Assembly (NCBI GenBank): GCA_964494655.1
Contig: CAZBRM010000002.1
Location: 1 to 44,912, forward strand
DNA length: 44,912 bases
Direction of reading: 5' to 3'
DNA from: an uncultured Candidatus Saccharibacteria bacterium
Lineage (GTDB): Bacteria; Patescibacteriota; Minisyncoccia; Portnoybacterales; UBA2143
Below the pieces are notes generated by a model. That model was not told the DNA's origin. It worked only from the letters and a program-made list of their open reading frames with translations, and ran no database searches. Below are positions 22,968 to 32,371 of this stretch, one piece after another. Position numbers and translations under genes: made by a program. Position 1 is the first letter of the stretch. Every line of letters begins with the position of its first letter.

Positions 22968-24287
22968 ATGGTTGATTTTTTAAAAAAATCTAAAAAGCTT
23001 TTGGGCATTAATGCCCGTAATCTCACTTATTTACGGCCCTCTAATTCTTTGAGGGCTATTCGTATTGCTGATAATAAACTTTTAGCTAAAAAGATACTAT
23101 CAAGAAATGGATTGCCTGTTTTGCAAACATATTCAGTTGTCAAAAAAATTGAAGAACTTAGAACGTTTGACTGGACAGGACTGCCATCAACCTTCACTTT
23201 AAAGCCCAATAAAGGGTTTGGTGGCGAAGGCATCCTTGTTATATATGGACGAAAAAAGAAACCGCCTTATCCTTGGGTTAAAGCAGATAAGAAATTAATT
23301 GAAATAAAGGATTTACAAAGCCATATTCTAAATATTTTAGAGGGTAATTTTTCTAGAACGATCCTTCCTGATTTTGCCTTTTTTGAAGAAAGAATTAAAC
23401 TTTTAAAATTATTTAAGCCATATAGCTACCGCGGTATACCAGATATTAGAGTTATTGTATATAATTCGGTTCCAGTAATGGCTGAAATGAGATTCCCAAC
23501 AAGAGAATCAGGCGGCAAGGCAAATCTTCATCTAGGAGGAATTGGAGTTGGCATTGATATGGGCACAGGAACTACCACGACAGCTATACAAAATGATAAA
23601 ATAATTGAATATATTCCAAAAACAAGATTATCGTTAAAAGGGATGCAAGTGCCTGAGTGGAAAGAAGTTTTACAACTTGCCATTAATGCTCAACAAATAA
23701 CTAAAATCGGCTTTCTTGGCATAGATATTGTTATTGACAGGGAAAAAGGACCAATAATTTTGGAGCTTAATGCAAGACCGGGATTATCTATTCAAATTGC
23801 TAATTTAGCCCCGCTCAACGAGCGATTACAAAGAGTTAAAGGTCTTAAAGTAAAAACAATAAAAAGAGGGGTAAAATTAGCGCAAGATCTTTTTGGAGGA
23901 GAAATAGAAGAAGAGTTAGAAGAAATTTCAGGAAGAAAAGTTATTGGTATTAATGAACCAATAGAAATTTTAGATGGAGAAAAAAATAGATATCCAACAA
24001 TGGCTAAAGTTGATACGGGCGCTTATAGAACAACGTTATGTAAAAATTTAGCCGAACAATTGGGAATTAATCAGATTATTGGTTATAAAAAAGTAAGAGG
24101 AGCTTTAGGTTCTGAAGAAAGATCTATTATTAATTTCTCATTTTATTTGGATAAAAGATTAGTAAGCACTGAAGCTTTTATAGCTGATCGAGAGGAATTG
24201 AAGTATGATATTATTATCGGAAGAAAAGATCTAAAAAGATTCTTAGTTGATCCCGCAAAAAATGTTTTTATGGGAAGGAGAGGATAA
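22968..24287 (+). CDS. fusion protein: RimK-related alpha-L-glutamate-ligase-like ATP-grasp (TIGR02291-like) + DUF785/'Zn_protease' retropepsin-like peptidase domain
   Basis: N-terminus: LLGINARNLTYLRPSNSLRAIRIADNKLLAKKILSRNGLPV...KPNKGFGGEGI...ANLHLGGIGVGID...GIDIVIDREKGPIILELNARPGL. C-terminus: IGINEPIEILDG....MAKVDTGAYRTTL...RGALGSEERSIINF...FIADREELKYDIIIGRKDLKRFLVDP. The track start at 22938 is TTG; the ATG at 22968 follows the upstream stop by 7 nt. Confidence 0.8.
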   Translation: MVDFLKKSKKLLGINARNLTYLRPSNSLRAIRIADNKLLAKKILSRNGLPVLQTYSVVKKIEELRTFDWTGLPSTFTLKPNKGFGGEGILVIYGRKKKPPYPWVKADKKLIEIKDLQSHILNILEGNFSRTILPDFAFFEERIKLLKLFKPYSYRGIPDIRVIVYNSVPVMAEMRFPTRESGGKANLHLGGIGVGIDMGTGTTTTAIQNDKIIEYIPKTRLSLKGMQVPEWKEVLQLAINAQQITKIGFLGIDIVIDREKGPIILELNARPGLSIQIANLAPLNERLQRVKGLKVKTIKRGVKLAQDLFGGEIEEELEEISGRKVIGINEPIEILDGEKNRYPTMAKVDTGAYRTTLCKNLAEQLGINQIIGYKKVRGALGSEERSIINFSFYLDKRLVSTEAFIADREELKYDIIIGRKDLKRFLVDPAKNVFMGRRG

Positions 24288-24291
24288 ATAA

Positions 24292-25788
24292 ATGATTGTT
24301 AAAGATTTAAAAACTTTAAAAGAATTATTTAAAAAGATAAAGACGCCCATATTTGGCATAGGGGCTTATGCTTTTGATCGCCTTGGGTTAGAAAATATTA
24401 TTTCTAATTACCGGATTATAGTTTTGCGCTATAGTTTAGATACTAAATTAATTGAAAAAGACATTAAAGTGTTTTCCTTAGAAAAAAGAATGGGGACAAA
24501 ACATATCCGCGAACCGCGCAACGCTACAACCGTTCTAAAACTGCCACAAACCAAAGAATATCTTGATAAATTCAAAAATCCAGCAATGCTTGTATTAAGA
24601 GCATCAAGCAAAATGGAAAGAATTTGCAAAGAAAATAACTGGCAACTACTAGCTAATCCTACTTTCTTTGGCAAAAAAATGTTTGAAAATAAGATTAAAT
24701 TCAGAAAAGTTCTTCAAGAGATTGAGGTTCCTATTCCACCTGGCAAAATATCGCTATTAGATAAATTACATTACGGCCACTTAATAAATAAATATGGCCT
24801 GCCTTTTGTGATCCAACACCCAACCAAGGGCGGAGGAAAAGGAACTTTCTTTATTCATAATAAAGAAGATTTTGAAAAAACCATAGAAAAATTGGAACAA
24901 AAATGGGACGAAGAAGATGAGAAAAAAATGATTCCGCCAACAGAGGTAATTGTCGCTAAATTCATTCAAGGCCCTTCGCCAAGCATAGCTGGATGCGTTA
25001 CTCAATATGGCATTCTTTCAACTAGTCTCCAACATCAAATTTTAGACATTTCACAACTTTATAATCCTGAAAAAGGTTCTGGCCTGTTCTGTGGTCATGA
25101 TTGGACTAGCTCTAATTTTGATGAAGAAATATCTAAACAAGCATATAATTATGTAGAAAAAGTAGGACAACATCTAAAAGAACATGATTATAAAGGAATC
25201 TTTGGGTTGGATTTTGTTCTAGACGAAAAAACCAATCAACTTTATTTAGTTGAATGCAATCCCCGTTTACTTGGCACTGGCCCAACCATAAATATGGCTC
25301 AATTATTAAACAACGAACCCCCTATTTTAGCCTTTCACGTTTTAGCGTTTCTTGATACTGATTATCAACTAGACATAGACAACATAAATAAATTAATGCG
25401 CCAGAAAAAAATAGGCGCTCAAATGATTCTTCATAATTTAACAGGACATTGGGCAAGAAACCATCAACAATTGAAAGCAGGAATCTATAAATTAAATAAT
25501 AAGTCCTCATTAAAATATTTGCGACCAGGATATGATTTAAAACATCTTGAAAACAAAGAGGAATTTTTATTAGCTGATGGAGTTTCTATAAAAAAATCCC
25601 ATTTCAGTCCTAATCGCCGACTCTGTCGCATTCTTACGTTAAATCAGGTTCTAGATAGTTCATACAAGAAATTAACGCCTTGGGCAAATAATGTAGTTGA
25701 GGTTGTTTACAAATCTTTTCAAATAAAACAGATCCATTTAATTAAGTTTAAAAAATTCTTTTTTCCTAATTTTCTAGCTAAAGGATAA
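24292..25788 (+). CDS. second ATP-grasp ligase, subfamily not assignable
   Basis: 498 aa, NKIKFRKVLQEIEVPIPPG...LPFVIQHPTKGGGKGTFFIHNKEDFE...VIVAKFIQG...YKGIFGLDFVLDEKTNQLYLVECNPRLLG. The SD ggaaggagagg lies inside the end of the preceding gene. Confidence 0.7.
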   Translation: MIVKDLKTLKELFKKIKTPIFGIGAYAFDRLGLENIISNYRIIVLRYSLDTKLIEKDIKVFSLEKRMGTKHIREPRNATTVLKLPQTKEYLDKFKNPAMLVLRASSKMERICKENNWQLLANPTFFGKKMFENKIKFRKVLQEIEVPIPPGKISLLDKLHYGHLINKYGLPFVIQHPTKGGGKGTFFIHNKEDFEKTIEKLEQKWDEEDEKKMIPPTEVIVAKFIQGPSPSIAGCVTQYGILSTSLQHQILDISQLYNPEKGSGLFCGHDWTSSNFDEEISKQAYNYVEKVGQHLKEHDYKGIFGLDFVLDEKTNQLYLVECNPRLLGTGPTINMAQLLNNEPPILAFHVLAFLDTDYQLDIDNINKLMRQKKIGAQMILHNLTGHWARNHQQLKAGIYKLNNKSSLKYLRPGYDLKHLENKEEFLLADGVSIKKSHFSPNRRLCRILTLNQVLDSSYKKLTPWANNVVEVVYKSFQIKQIHLIKFKKFFFPNFLAKG

Positions 25789-25812
25789 AAAAAAATTTAA
25801 AATTGTTAAACT

Positions 25813-25838
25813 AAAAAACCGCCTTAAACGGGTTTTTG
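25813..25838. terminator. weak bidirectional hairpin between convergent genes
   Basis: aaaaacc(25814..25820)-gccttaaacg-ggttttt(25831..25837), with A/T runs on both sides. Sits between the ATP-grasp gene (+) and tyrS (-). Confidence 0.3.
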
Positions 25839-25860
25839 TTAATTAAAATATTATTTCAAA

Positions 25861-27078
25861 TTAAACTCTTATTTGAATGAATTTTCTTTTGCCAACTTGG
25901 ATAATCATTTTATCTTTAGTAATTATTTCCTGATTATTATCTTTTATCTTATGATTATCTATTTTAACTCCGCCCTGTTCAACTAAACGTCTGGCTTGAT
26001 TTTTACTTAAACTTAATTTCGTCTTAATTAGTAATTCTAAAATATTATATTTTTTATCGCTTAATTTACAAACAGGCATCTCTGCTGGTCTCTGTTTCTC
26101 CTTAAAAATGCGTTCGAATTCTTTTTCTGCTTCTTGAGCAGATTTTTTATTATGATGTATAGAGATAATTTCTCTAGCCAATCTTGCTTTAGCATCTCGC
26201 GGATTTAGTTTATCGCTCTTAATATCTTCATCTATTTGCTTAATTTCTTCCATAGGCAGATCAGTACAAAGTTCTAATCCTGGAATAATTAAACCATCAG
26301 GCCAAGACATAATTTGGCCAAACATTTGTTCTGGCTTTTCATTTAAAACAATCATATTGCCAGTTGTCTTGCCCATTTTCTCTCCTTTAGGATCAACTAA
26401 CAACTTAGTTGTTAAAACAAATTTCTCTTTCTTATTAATCGCTTTTATTAAATCCCTACCACAAAGCATATTAAATGTTTGATCATTACCGCCTATTTCT
26501 AAATCAACGCCCATAGCCACGCTGTCATAGGCCTGACTTAGGGGATATAAAAATTCATGTAAATAAATTGGTTGATTTTTTTTTATTCTTTCTTGAAACA
26601 TACTTCTTACAAGCATTTGCTGAACTGTAAACTTAGACGCTATTTTAATTAAATCAACAAAATTTAACTTATCATTCCACTCACTGTTATACATTATTTT
26701 AGCTGAATTTTTTCCGGAAAAATCTAAAATTTTATCTGCTTGTTCTTTATAATTTTCTGAATTTTTAAGGACTTCTTCTCTGGTTAATTTTTTTCTAGTT
26801 TCGCTTTTATCTGTGGGATCTCCAATCATACCAGTAAAATCTCCAATTAAAAAAATAACTTCGTGGCCTAGTTTCTGAAATTGAGCTAATTTTCTAATTT
26901 GAATAGCATGACCAATATGAAGAGTTGATGCTGTTGGATCAAAACCGCAATAAAGACGAATTTTTTTACCTGACTTTAGTATTTTTTCTAAAGATGCCTT
27001 ATTAGGATAAATATTCTCAACTCCTCTAGTTAGAGCTTTTTGTATTTTTTGTTCTTGACTCATAATTAATTTAATCAT
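25861..27078 (-). CDS. tyrS: tyrosine--tRNA ligase (with C-terminal S4 domain)
   Basis: YCGFDPTASTLHIGH (HIGH), KMGKT (KMSKS) and a C-terminal S4-like LSKNQARRLVEQGGVKIDN. The track start at 27132 is TTG and would overlap the divergent PBP gene. The ATG at 27078 is preceded by AAGGA; the ATG at 27063 is an alternative. Confidence 0.93.
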   Translation of the reverse strand: MIKLIMSQEQKIQKALTRGVENIYPNKASLEKILKSGKKIRLYCGFDPTASTLHIGHAIQIRKLAQFQKLGHEVIFLIGDFTGMIGDPTDKSETRKKLTREEVLKNSENYKEQADKILDFSGKNSAKIMYNSEWNDKLNFVDLIKIASKFTVQQMLVRSMFQERIKKNQPIYLHEFLYPLSQAYDSVAMGVDLEIGGNDQTFNMLCGRDLIKAINKKEKFVLTTKLLVDPKGEKMGKTTGNMIVLNEKPEQMFGQIMSWPDGLIIPGLELCTDLPMEEIKQIDEDIKSDKLNPRDAKARLAREIISIHHNKKSAQEAEKEFERIFKEKQRPAEMPVCKLSDKKYNILELLIKTKLSLSKNQARRLVEQGGVKIDNHKIKDNNQEIITKDKMIIQVGKRKFIQIRV

Positions 27079-27123
27079 ATCATCCTTGCCAAAACAGGTC
27101 AATTCTGCGAAAATAAGAAAACA

Positions 27124-29631
27124 ATGAAACAAAAAAGAAACATCATCAAAATAATAATATTTTTTATTATTTTTTGTTTTATTTTAACTTTTCTTACAGG
27201 AATTGGCGTTTTTGCTTATTTCGCTAAAGACTTGCCTGATCCTACTAAAATAGGCCAGCGCCAAATAGCTCAATCAACTAAAATTTACGATCGCACCGGA
27301 AAAATAATTCTATATGATATTCATGGAGAAGAAAAAAGAACAATAATTCCATTTGAACAAATACCTCAATATGTAAAAGATGCAACTGTTGTTATTGAAG
27401 ATGATAATTTTTATCATCATATTGGAATAGATTGGAAAGGAATTATTAGGGCTATTCTTGCTAATTTTAGAGGAAAAAAAATAGAGCAAGGCGGCTCAAC
27501 CATAACGCAACAATTTATCAAAAACGCTTATTTGGGAGGTCCACAATCTGAAAGAACCTATACTCGCAAAATTAAAGAAGCTATTTTAGCGCTAATAATG
27601 GAAAGAAAATATTCCAAAGATGAAATTTTAAATTCATATCTTAATCAAATTCCTTATGGATCTAATGCTTATGGCATTGAAGCGGCTAGCCAGACATTTT
27701 TCAATAAATCAGCTCAAGACATTACGTTGGCCGAAGCAGCGCTTCTGGCCGCGCTCCCGCAAGCATCAAGTTATTATTCTCCTTATGGCTCTCATTTAGA
27801 TGAACTTAAAGACAGGCAAAATAATATTTTGAACAAAATGATTTCTTTTGGCTATATTACAGAAGAACAAGCCAACCAAGCTAAAGAAGAAAAATTAGAA
27901 TATGCATCGCAGATAAATCTTAAGGCTCATCATTTTGTCACTATGGTCAAGGAATATTTAGAAGAAAAATATGGCAATCTTTATGCGGATATAAATATGG
28001 CAGGATTGAAAGTGCAAACAACATTAGACTGGGACTTACAGCAAATTGCCGAAGAAATAATTACCGAAAAAGCAATTAGAAATAAAGAGAAATATAACGC
28101 AAGTAATGCTGCTTTAGTTACTATTGATCCAAAAACGGGCCAGGTTATAGCATTAGTCGGTTCAAAAAATTATGATGAAGATCAATTTAATATTGCTACA
28201 AGCCCTCATAGACAACCTGGATCTTCTTTTAAACCATTTGCTTATGCTGCTGCTTTTAAAAAAGGATATACTCCTGAAACAATAGTATTTGACTTACAAA
28301 CAAATTTTGGAAAATTTGGAACAATAGATTATATCCCAAAAAACTATGATAATAAATTCCGTGGACCAATAAGTTTAAGAAGCGCCTTAGCACAATCAAT
28401 TAATATTCCAGCTGTTAAAATTCTTTATCTCGCAGGAGTTGATGAAACAATTAAATTAGCCCAAAATATGGGGATAACAACTTTAAAAGACAGACAAAGA
28501 TATGGACTATCTTTAGCCTTAGGCGGTGGAGAAGTTAAATTAATAGATGAAACAGCTGCCTATGGAGTATTTGCAACTGAAGGAGTTAAATATCCAATAA
28601 GTATAATTTTAAAAATTGAAGACGCTAATGGGAATATTCTAGAAAAATATAGAGAAAATCCAACAAGAGTTCTTGATGAACAAACCTCAAGACAAATTAA
28701 TGATATTCTTTCAGATGATTCGGCAAGAGCGCCTATGTTTGGAACTCATTCAAGGCTTTATCTCCCAGGAATTCCAGCAGCTGTAAAAACAGGAACTACG
28801 CAAGATTATGCTGATGGATGGACCATTGGATATACGCCAAGTTTAGTCACTGGAGTTTGGGCTGGTAATAATGATTATGACGAGAAAATGAGACAAGGAG
28901 CTGCTGGCGCGAGTGTAGCAGCCCCAATATGGAATGAATTTATGATTAAAGCTTATGAATTTAAAACTAATGAAAATAATGGAGAAAATAAAGAAAACGA
29001 TGAATTTATTTTACCTAAAAGCGCGGAAAATTTCACATCCCCAGAACCAACCACGACAACCACTAAACCAATACTTAATGGCCAATTTACTTATAATAAT
29101 AATGTAAAAATTGATAAAATCTCAAGAAAATTAGCAACTGATTTAACACCACCTGATTTAATTGAAGAAAAATCATATCAAGAAATTCATTCTATACTTT
29201 ATTATATTAATAAAGATGACCCATTAGGTGATTATCCTAATAATCCAAACCAGGATCCGCAATTTGAAGAATGGGAAAAATCTGTTTTAGAATGGGCTCC
29301 AGATAATCAAAGCCCTCCAACAGAGTACGATGATATTCATATATTAGAAAATCAGCCTAATATAAAAATTATTCTTCCAGTAAAAAATAGTTTTATTAAT
29401 CAGTATATCTTAACGATACAAGCCCAAGCAGAAGCCCCCTTAGAAATTAAACAGCTTGATTTTTTTATTAACAACCAATTTATTGGTACCGACAAAATTA
29501 AACCTTATTCAATAACTTTTAATATTTTCCCTTACTTATTAGATCAAGAAGAGCAAACTATAAAAGTTAGGGCTTATGATAATGTTTTAAATAGACAAGA
29601 AGATAAAATAATTATTAAAACAGATTTTTAA
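27124..29631 (+). CDS. class A penicillin-binding protein (GT51 transglycosylase + transpeptidase) with a long C-terminal extension
   Basis: 835 aa with an N-terminal TM. GT51 motifs EDDNFYHHIGID, GGSTITQQ and RKIKE. Transpeptidase motifs SSFKP, SIN and KTGTT. About 200 further residues, Thr/Asn-rich then beta-rich. Confidence 0.93.
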   Translation: MKQKRNIIKIIIFFIIFCFILTFLTGIGVFAYFAKDLPDPTKIGQRQIAQSTKIYDRTGKIILYDIHGEEKRTIIPFEQIPQYVKDATVVIEDDNFYHHIGIDWKGIIRAILANFRGKKIEQGGSTITQQFIKNAYLGGPQSERTYTRKIKEAILALIMERKYSKDEILNSYLNQIPYGSNAYGIEAASQTFFNKSAQDITLAEAALLAALPQASSYYSPYGSHLDELKDRQNNILNKMISFGYITEEQANQAKEEKLEYASQINLKAHHFVTMVKEYLEEKYGNLYADINMAGLKVQTTLDWDLQQIAEEIITEKAIRNKEKYNASNAALVTIDPKTGQVIALVGSKNYDEDQFNIATSPHRQPGSSFKPFAYAAAFKKGYTPETIVFDLQTNFGKFGTIDYIPKNYDNKFRGPISLRSALAQSINIPAVKILYLAGVDETIKLAQNMGITTLKDRQRYGLSLALGGGEVKLIDETAAYGVFATEGVKYPISIILKIEDANGNILEKYRENPTRVLDEQTSRQINDILSDDSARAPMFGTHSRLYLPGIPAAVKTGTTQDYADGWTIGYTPSLVTGVWAGNNDYDEKMRQGAAGASVAAPIWNEFMIKAYEFKTNENNGENKENDEFILPKSAENFTSPEPTTTTTKPILNGQFTYNNNVKIDKISRKLATDLTPPDLIEEKSYQEIHSILYYINKDDPLGDYPNNPNQDPQFEEWEKSVLEWAPDNQSPPTEYDDIHILENQPNIKIILPVKNSFINQYILTIQAQAEAPLEIKQLDFFINNQFIGTDKIKPYSITFNIFPYLLDQEEQTIKVRAYDNVLNRQEDKIIIKTDF

Positions 29632-29632
29632 A

Positions 29633-30739
29633 TTAAACCTTAATTGGCATAACTATATAAGAATAATTAATATCTCCAACTGGTCTTATTAAGACTGGTT
29701 TAGTATTATCGTTCAAACCTATAATTACTTTGTCACTATAGATATTATTCAAACCGTCCAAAATATAACGGTAATTAAAAATTACTTCAACTTCTTTTCC
29801 TTTAATTTCTGCTTCTATTTTAGATTTATTTTCTCCTATATCTGCATCTTTTGAGGAAATTTCAATTATAGATTTTTTAGGATCAACAAATATTTTAATA
29901 TCATTAACTTTTCCAGTAAATAAGCTTGCGACTTTAATATTATTAATTAATTCGGCTCTATTAATAATTACTTCTGTTTCTGAATTAGATGGGATAATCT
30001 GTTGATAATCTGGGTATTGTCCATCTATTAATCTTGAAATTATTTGTGTATTATTAAAATCAAATAAAATTTGATTATTTGATAAAGTAATTTTTACTTC
30101 TTCTTGTTCTTTTTTTTCGCTTAAAATTCTAATCACTTCTAATACAGTTCTTTGTGGTATTATAATTGACTGTTCTTTTAATTCTTTAGAATTAATTTCT
30201 ATATTTTTTTCAGCTAAACGAAAACTATCAGTAGCTGCTAATTTAATTGTATTTTTATAAAAATTTATATATATACCTGAAATTTCAGGTCTAGATTCTG
30301 AAGTTGAAGCCATTTCAACTACCTGTATAAAACTATTTTTTAATAAATTATTTTTAATATTTATTAATGGTTGTAATTTAATTTTTGGAATAATTGGAAA
30401 ATCATCAGCACTTAAACCCTTTAAAATAGATTTAAATTTCTTACATTTTAATTCTAATTGTTTATCTTTAACCCTTAATTCTATTTTTTCATTAGGTAAA
30501 TTATTAACAAAATCATTAATTAATTTAGCTGGAACAGTAATACTTCCTCTTTCTTTAATTTTTCCTGGAATCCAACAATTAATTCCTATTTCTAAATTAG
30601 TTGAAGATATTTTTAATTTATTATTTTCTATAGATAATAAAACATTATTTAATATTGGTAATGTTAAATTTCTACCAATTATTCTTTCAACTATATTTAA
30701 TGCTTTTTTAAAATTTTCTTGAAGACAAATTATATTCAT
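29633..30739 (-). CDS. dnaN: DNA polymerase III beta sliding clamp
   Basis: 368 aa, typical three-domain length, ...TLPILNNVLL...ISSTNLEIGI...ATDSFRLAEK...LIDGQYPDYQQIIP.... Sits directly downstream of dnaA. Confidence 0.93.
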   Translation of the reverse strand: MNIICLQENFKKALNIVERIIGRNLTLPILNNVLLSIENNKLKISSTNLEIGINCWIPGKIKERGSITVPAKLINDFVNNLPNEKIELRVKDKQLELKCKKFKSILKGLSADDFPIIPKIKLQPLINIKNNLLKNSFIQVVEMASTSESRPEISGIYINFYKNTIKLAATDSFRLAEKNIEINSKELKEQSIIIPQRTVLEVIRILSEKKEQEEVKITLSNNQILFDFNNTQIISRLIDGQYPDYQQIIPSNSETEVIINRAELINNIKVASLFTGKVNDIKIFVDPKKSIIEISSKDADIGENKSKIEAEIKGKEVEVIFNYRYILDGLNNIYSDKVIIGLNDNTKPVLIRPVGDINYSYIVMPIKV

Positions 30740-30892
30740 TTTAATAATTATAATTTAATTAAATTTATTTATTATTAATATTATTAGTATTTATAAATCT
30801 GTGTAAAACTCTTTTTTTATAATCTATATATTATGTTTTATAATTTATAATATGTTATTAAAAAAGTAAATAACTTGTGGAAAAATTATTTA
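30740..30892. other. dnaA-dnaN intergenic region: extremely AT-rich candidate DNA-unwinding part of oriC
   Basis: By hand count about 14 G+C in 153 nt. DnaA-box-like TGTGGAAAA at 30876..30884 (1 mismatch to TGTGGATAA) and TGTGTAAAA at 30800..30808 (2 mismatches). Confidence 0.4.
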
Positions 30893-32254
30893 TTAATTGT
30901 ATATTTTTTCTTTAATTAAATTAATCTCTTGTTGGAATAACTCGTTGTCCACAATCTCTTTATTTATTTTTCGGCAAGCATACATTACTGTTGTATGATC
31001 TCTTCCTCCTAATTTTTCTCCTATATAAGGATAAGAATTATTTAATTCTTCTCTAATTAAATACATGGTTATTTGTCTAGGATGGACTAATTCTTTTTTT
31101 CTTGATTTATTAATTAAATCATTTGTGTTTACATCATAAAAATCAGCCACTGTTTTAAGAATATTTTTATAATTAGTTTTTCTTTTTGGCGAGTTAATAA
31201 TTTGAGATAATATTTGAGGAACTGTTTTTATATCAGGCGCTGTTTTATTTATTTGCGCAAAAGCTATAATTCTATTAAGCGCTCCTTCTAATTCTCTTAT
31301 ATTATTTTGAATATGTGAAGAAATATAATCTATAACATCTTCAGAAATTTTGATTTTCTTTTCTTTTATTTTATTTTTTAAAATAGCTGTTCTGGTTTCT
31401 AAATCAGGATAACTAATATCAGCTATCATCCCCCCTTCAAAACGAGAGCGAAGACGTTCTTCTAGAGTTGAAATTGATTTAGGTGGTTTATCTGAGCTTA
31501 TAATAATTTGCTTATTTTTCTGATAGAGACTATTGAACATATGAAAAAACTCTTCTTGTGTTTTTTCTTTACCAGCAATAAATTGAATATCATCAATAAT
31601 TAAAGTATCTATTTTATGATATTTATTTTTAAAAGAATCCATTCCTTTTTTTTGGATAGCATCAACTAATTCACTTGTGTATTTTTCCGAGCTAAGATAT
31701 TTGATTTTTTTATTGGGATATCTTTTAAATAATTCATTCCCCATTGCTTGAAGTAAATGTGTTTTTCCTAATCCAACACCTCCATAAATAAATAAAGGAT
31801 TATACATTGTTCCCATATGATCAACAACGGCTCTACTGGCCGCCTGGGCCAATTCATTAAAAGAACCAACAACGAAATTATCAAAAGTATATTTAGGATT
31901 TAAATTTGTTTCTTTATTAAAACTAAATTCCTGAAAATTTAATTGGTCACCAATATTGGTTGGTATTATTTTTGGTATTGTTTTATTAATAGTATTAGTA
32001 AGTGTTTTTTCGTTGCCTATCATAAACTGAATTTCTTTGATGTCTGGAGAATTATTACGAAGAATTTTAAAGATAAGTTTATTATATTTATTTTCAAGCC
32101 ATTCCTTTGTAAAACCATTAGGCGCGCTTACAGTAATAACGCCATTTTTTTTAGAATGGATCTTAGTGTTCTTAAACCAAGTAATGAAACTAGCTTTAGA
32201 AATAGTTAATTCAACTTCGCCTAGCACAGTTTGCCAGAGTTCTTTTAGATTCAT
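30893..32254 (-). CDS. dnaA: chromosomal replication initiator DnaA
   Basis: 453 aa, NPLFIYGGVGLGKTHLLQA, LIIDDIQFIAGKEKTQEEFFH, RSRFEGGMIADI, and C-terminal HPRQITMYLIRE...IGEKLGGRDHTTVMYA. Confidence 0.98.
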   Translation of the reverse strand: MNLKELWQTVLGEVELTISKASFITWFKNTKIHSKKNGVITVSAPNGFTKEWLENKYNKLIFKILRNNSPDIKEIQFMIGNEKTLTNTINKTIPKIIPTNIGDQLNFQEFSFNKETNLNPKYTFDNFVVGSFNELAQAASRAVVDHMGTMYNPLFIYGGVGLGKTHLLQAMGNELFKRYPNKKIKYLSSEKYTSELVDAIQKKGMDSFKNKYHKIDTLIIDDIQFIAGKEKTQEEFFHMFNSLYQKNKQIIISSDKPPKSISTLEERLRSRFEGGMIADISYPDLETRTAILKNKIKEKKIKISEDVIDYISSHIQNNIRELEGALNRIIAFAQINKTAPDIKTVPQILSQIINSPKRKTNYKNILKTVADFYDVNTNDLINKSRKKELVHPRQITMYLIREELNNSYPYIGEKLGGRDHTTVMYACRKINKEIVDNELFQQEINLIKEKIYN

Positions 32255-32371
32255 ATATTATAACTTTTAATTATTGTATCATAATAAAACAAATAAACAA
32301 AATACGTGTTTTTGTTAACAAGATGTGTATGAACTGTGAAGAATTATTATTTAATTAAAGCGTGTTTTAAG
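32255..32371. other. dnaA-rpmH intergenic region with DnaA-box-like repeats (candidate oriC/dnaA control region)
   Basis: TGTGTATGA (32324..32332) and TGTGAAGAA (32335..32343) share orientation, lie 11 nt apart, and each carries 2 mismatches to TGTGGATAA. cgtgtttt is repeated at 32305 and 32361. Confidence 0.35.

Noticed and set aside
27079-27132. N-terminal extensions in the ORF track: tyrS to 27132, tsaE to 15582, argS to 5183, kinase to 11597, ligase from 22938, jag from 33619
   Set aside because: All six begin at TTG (read directly from the sequence). They add non-conserved, often hydrophobic residues or create long overlaps with neighbours. An ATG with better context lies just inside each one.
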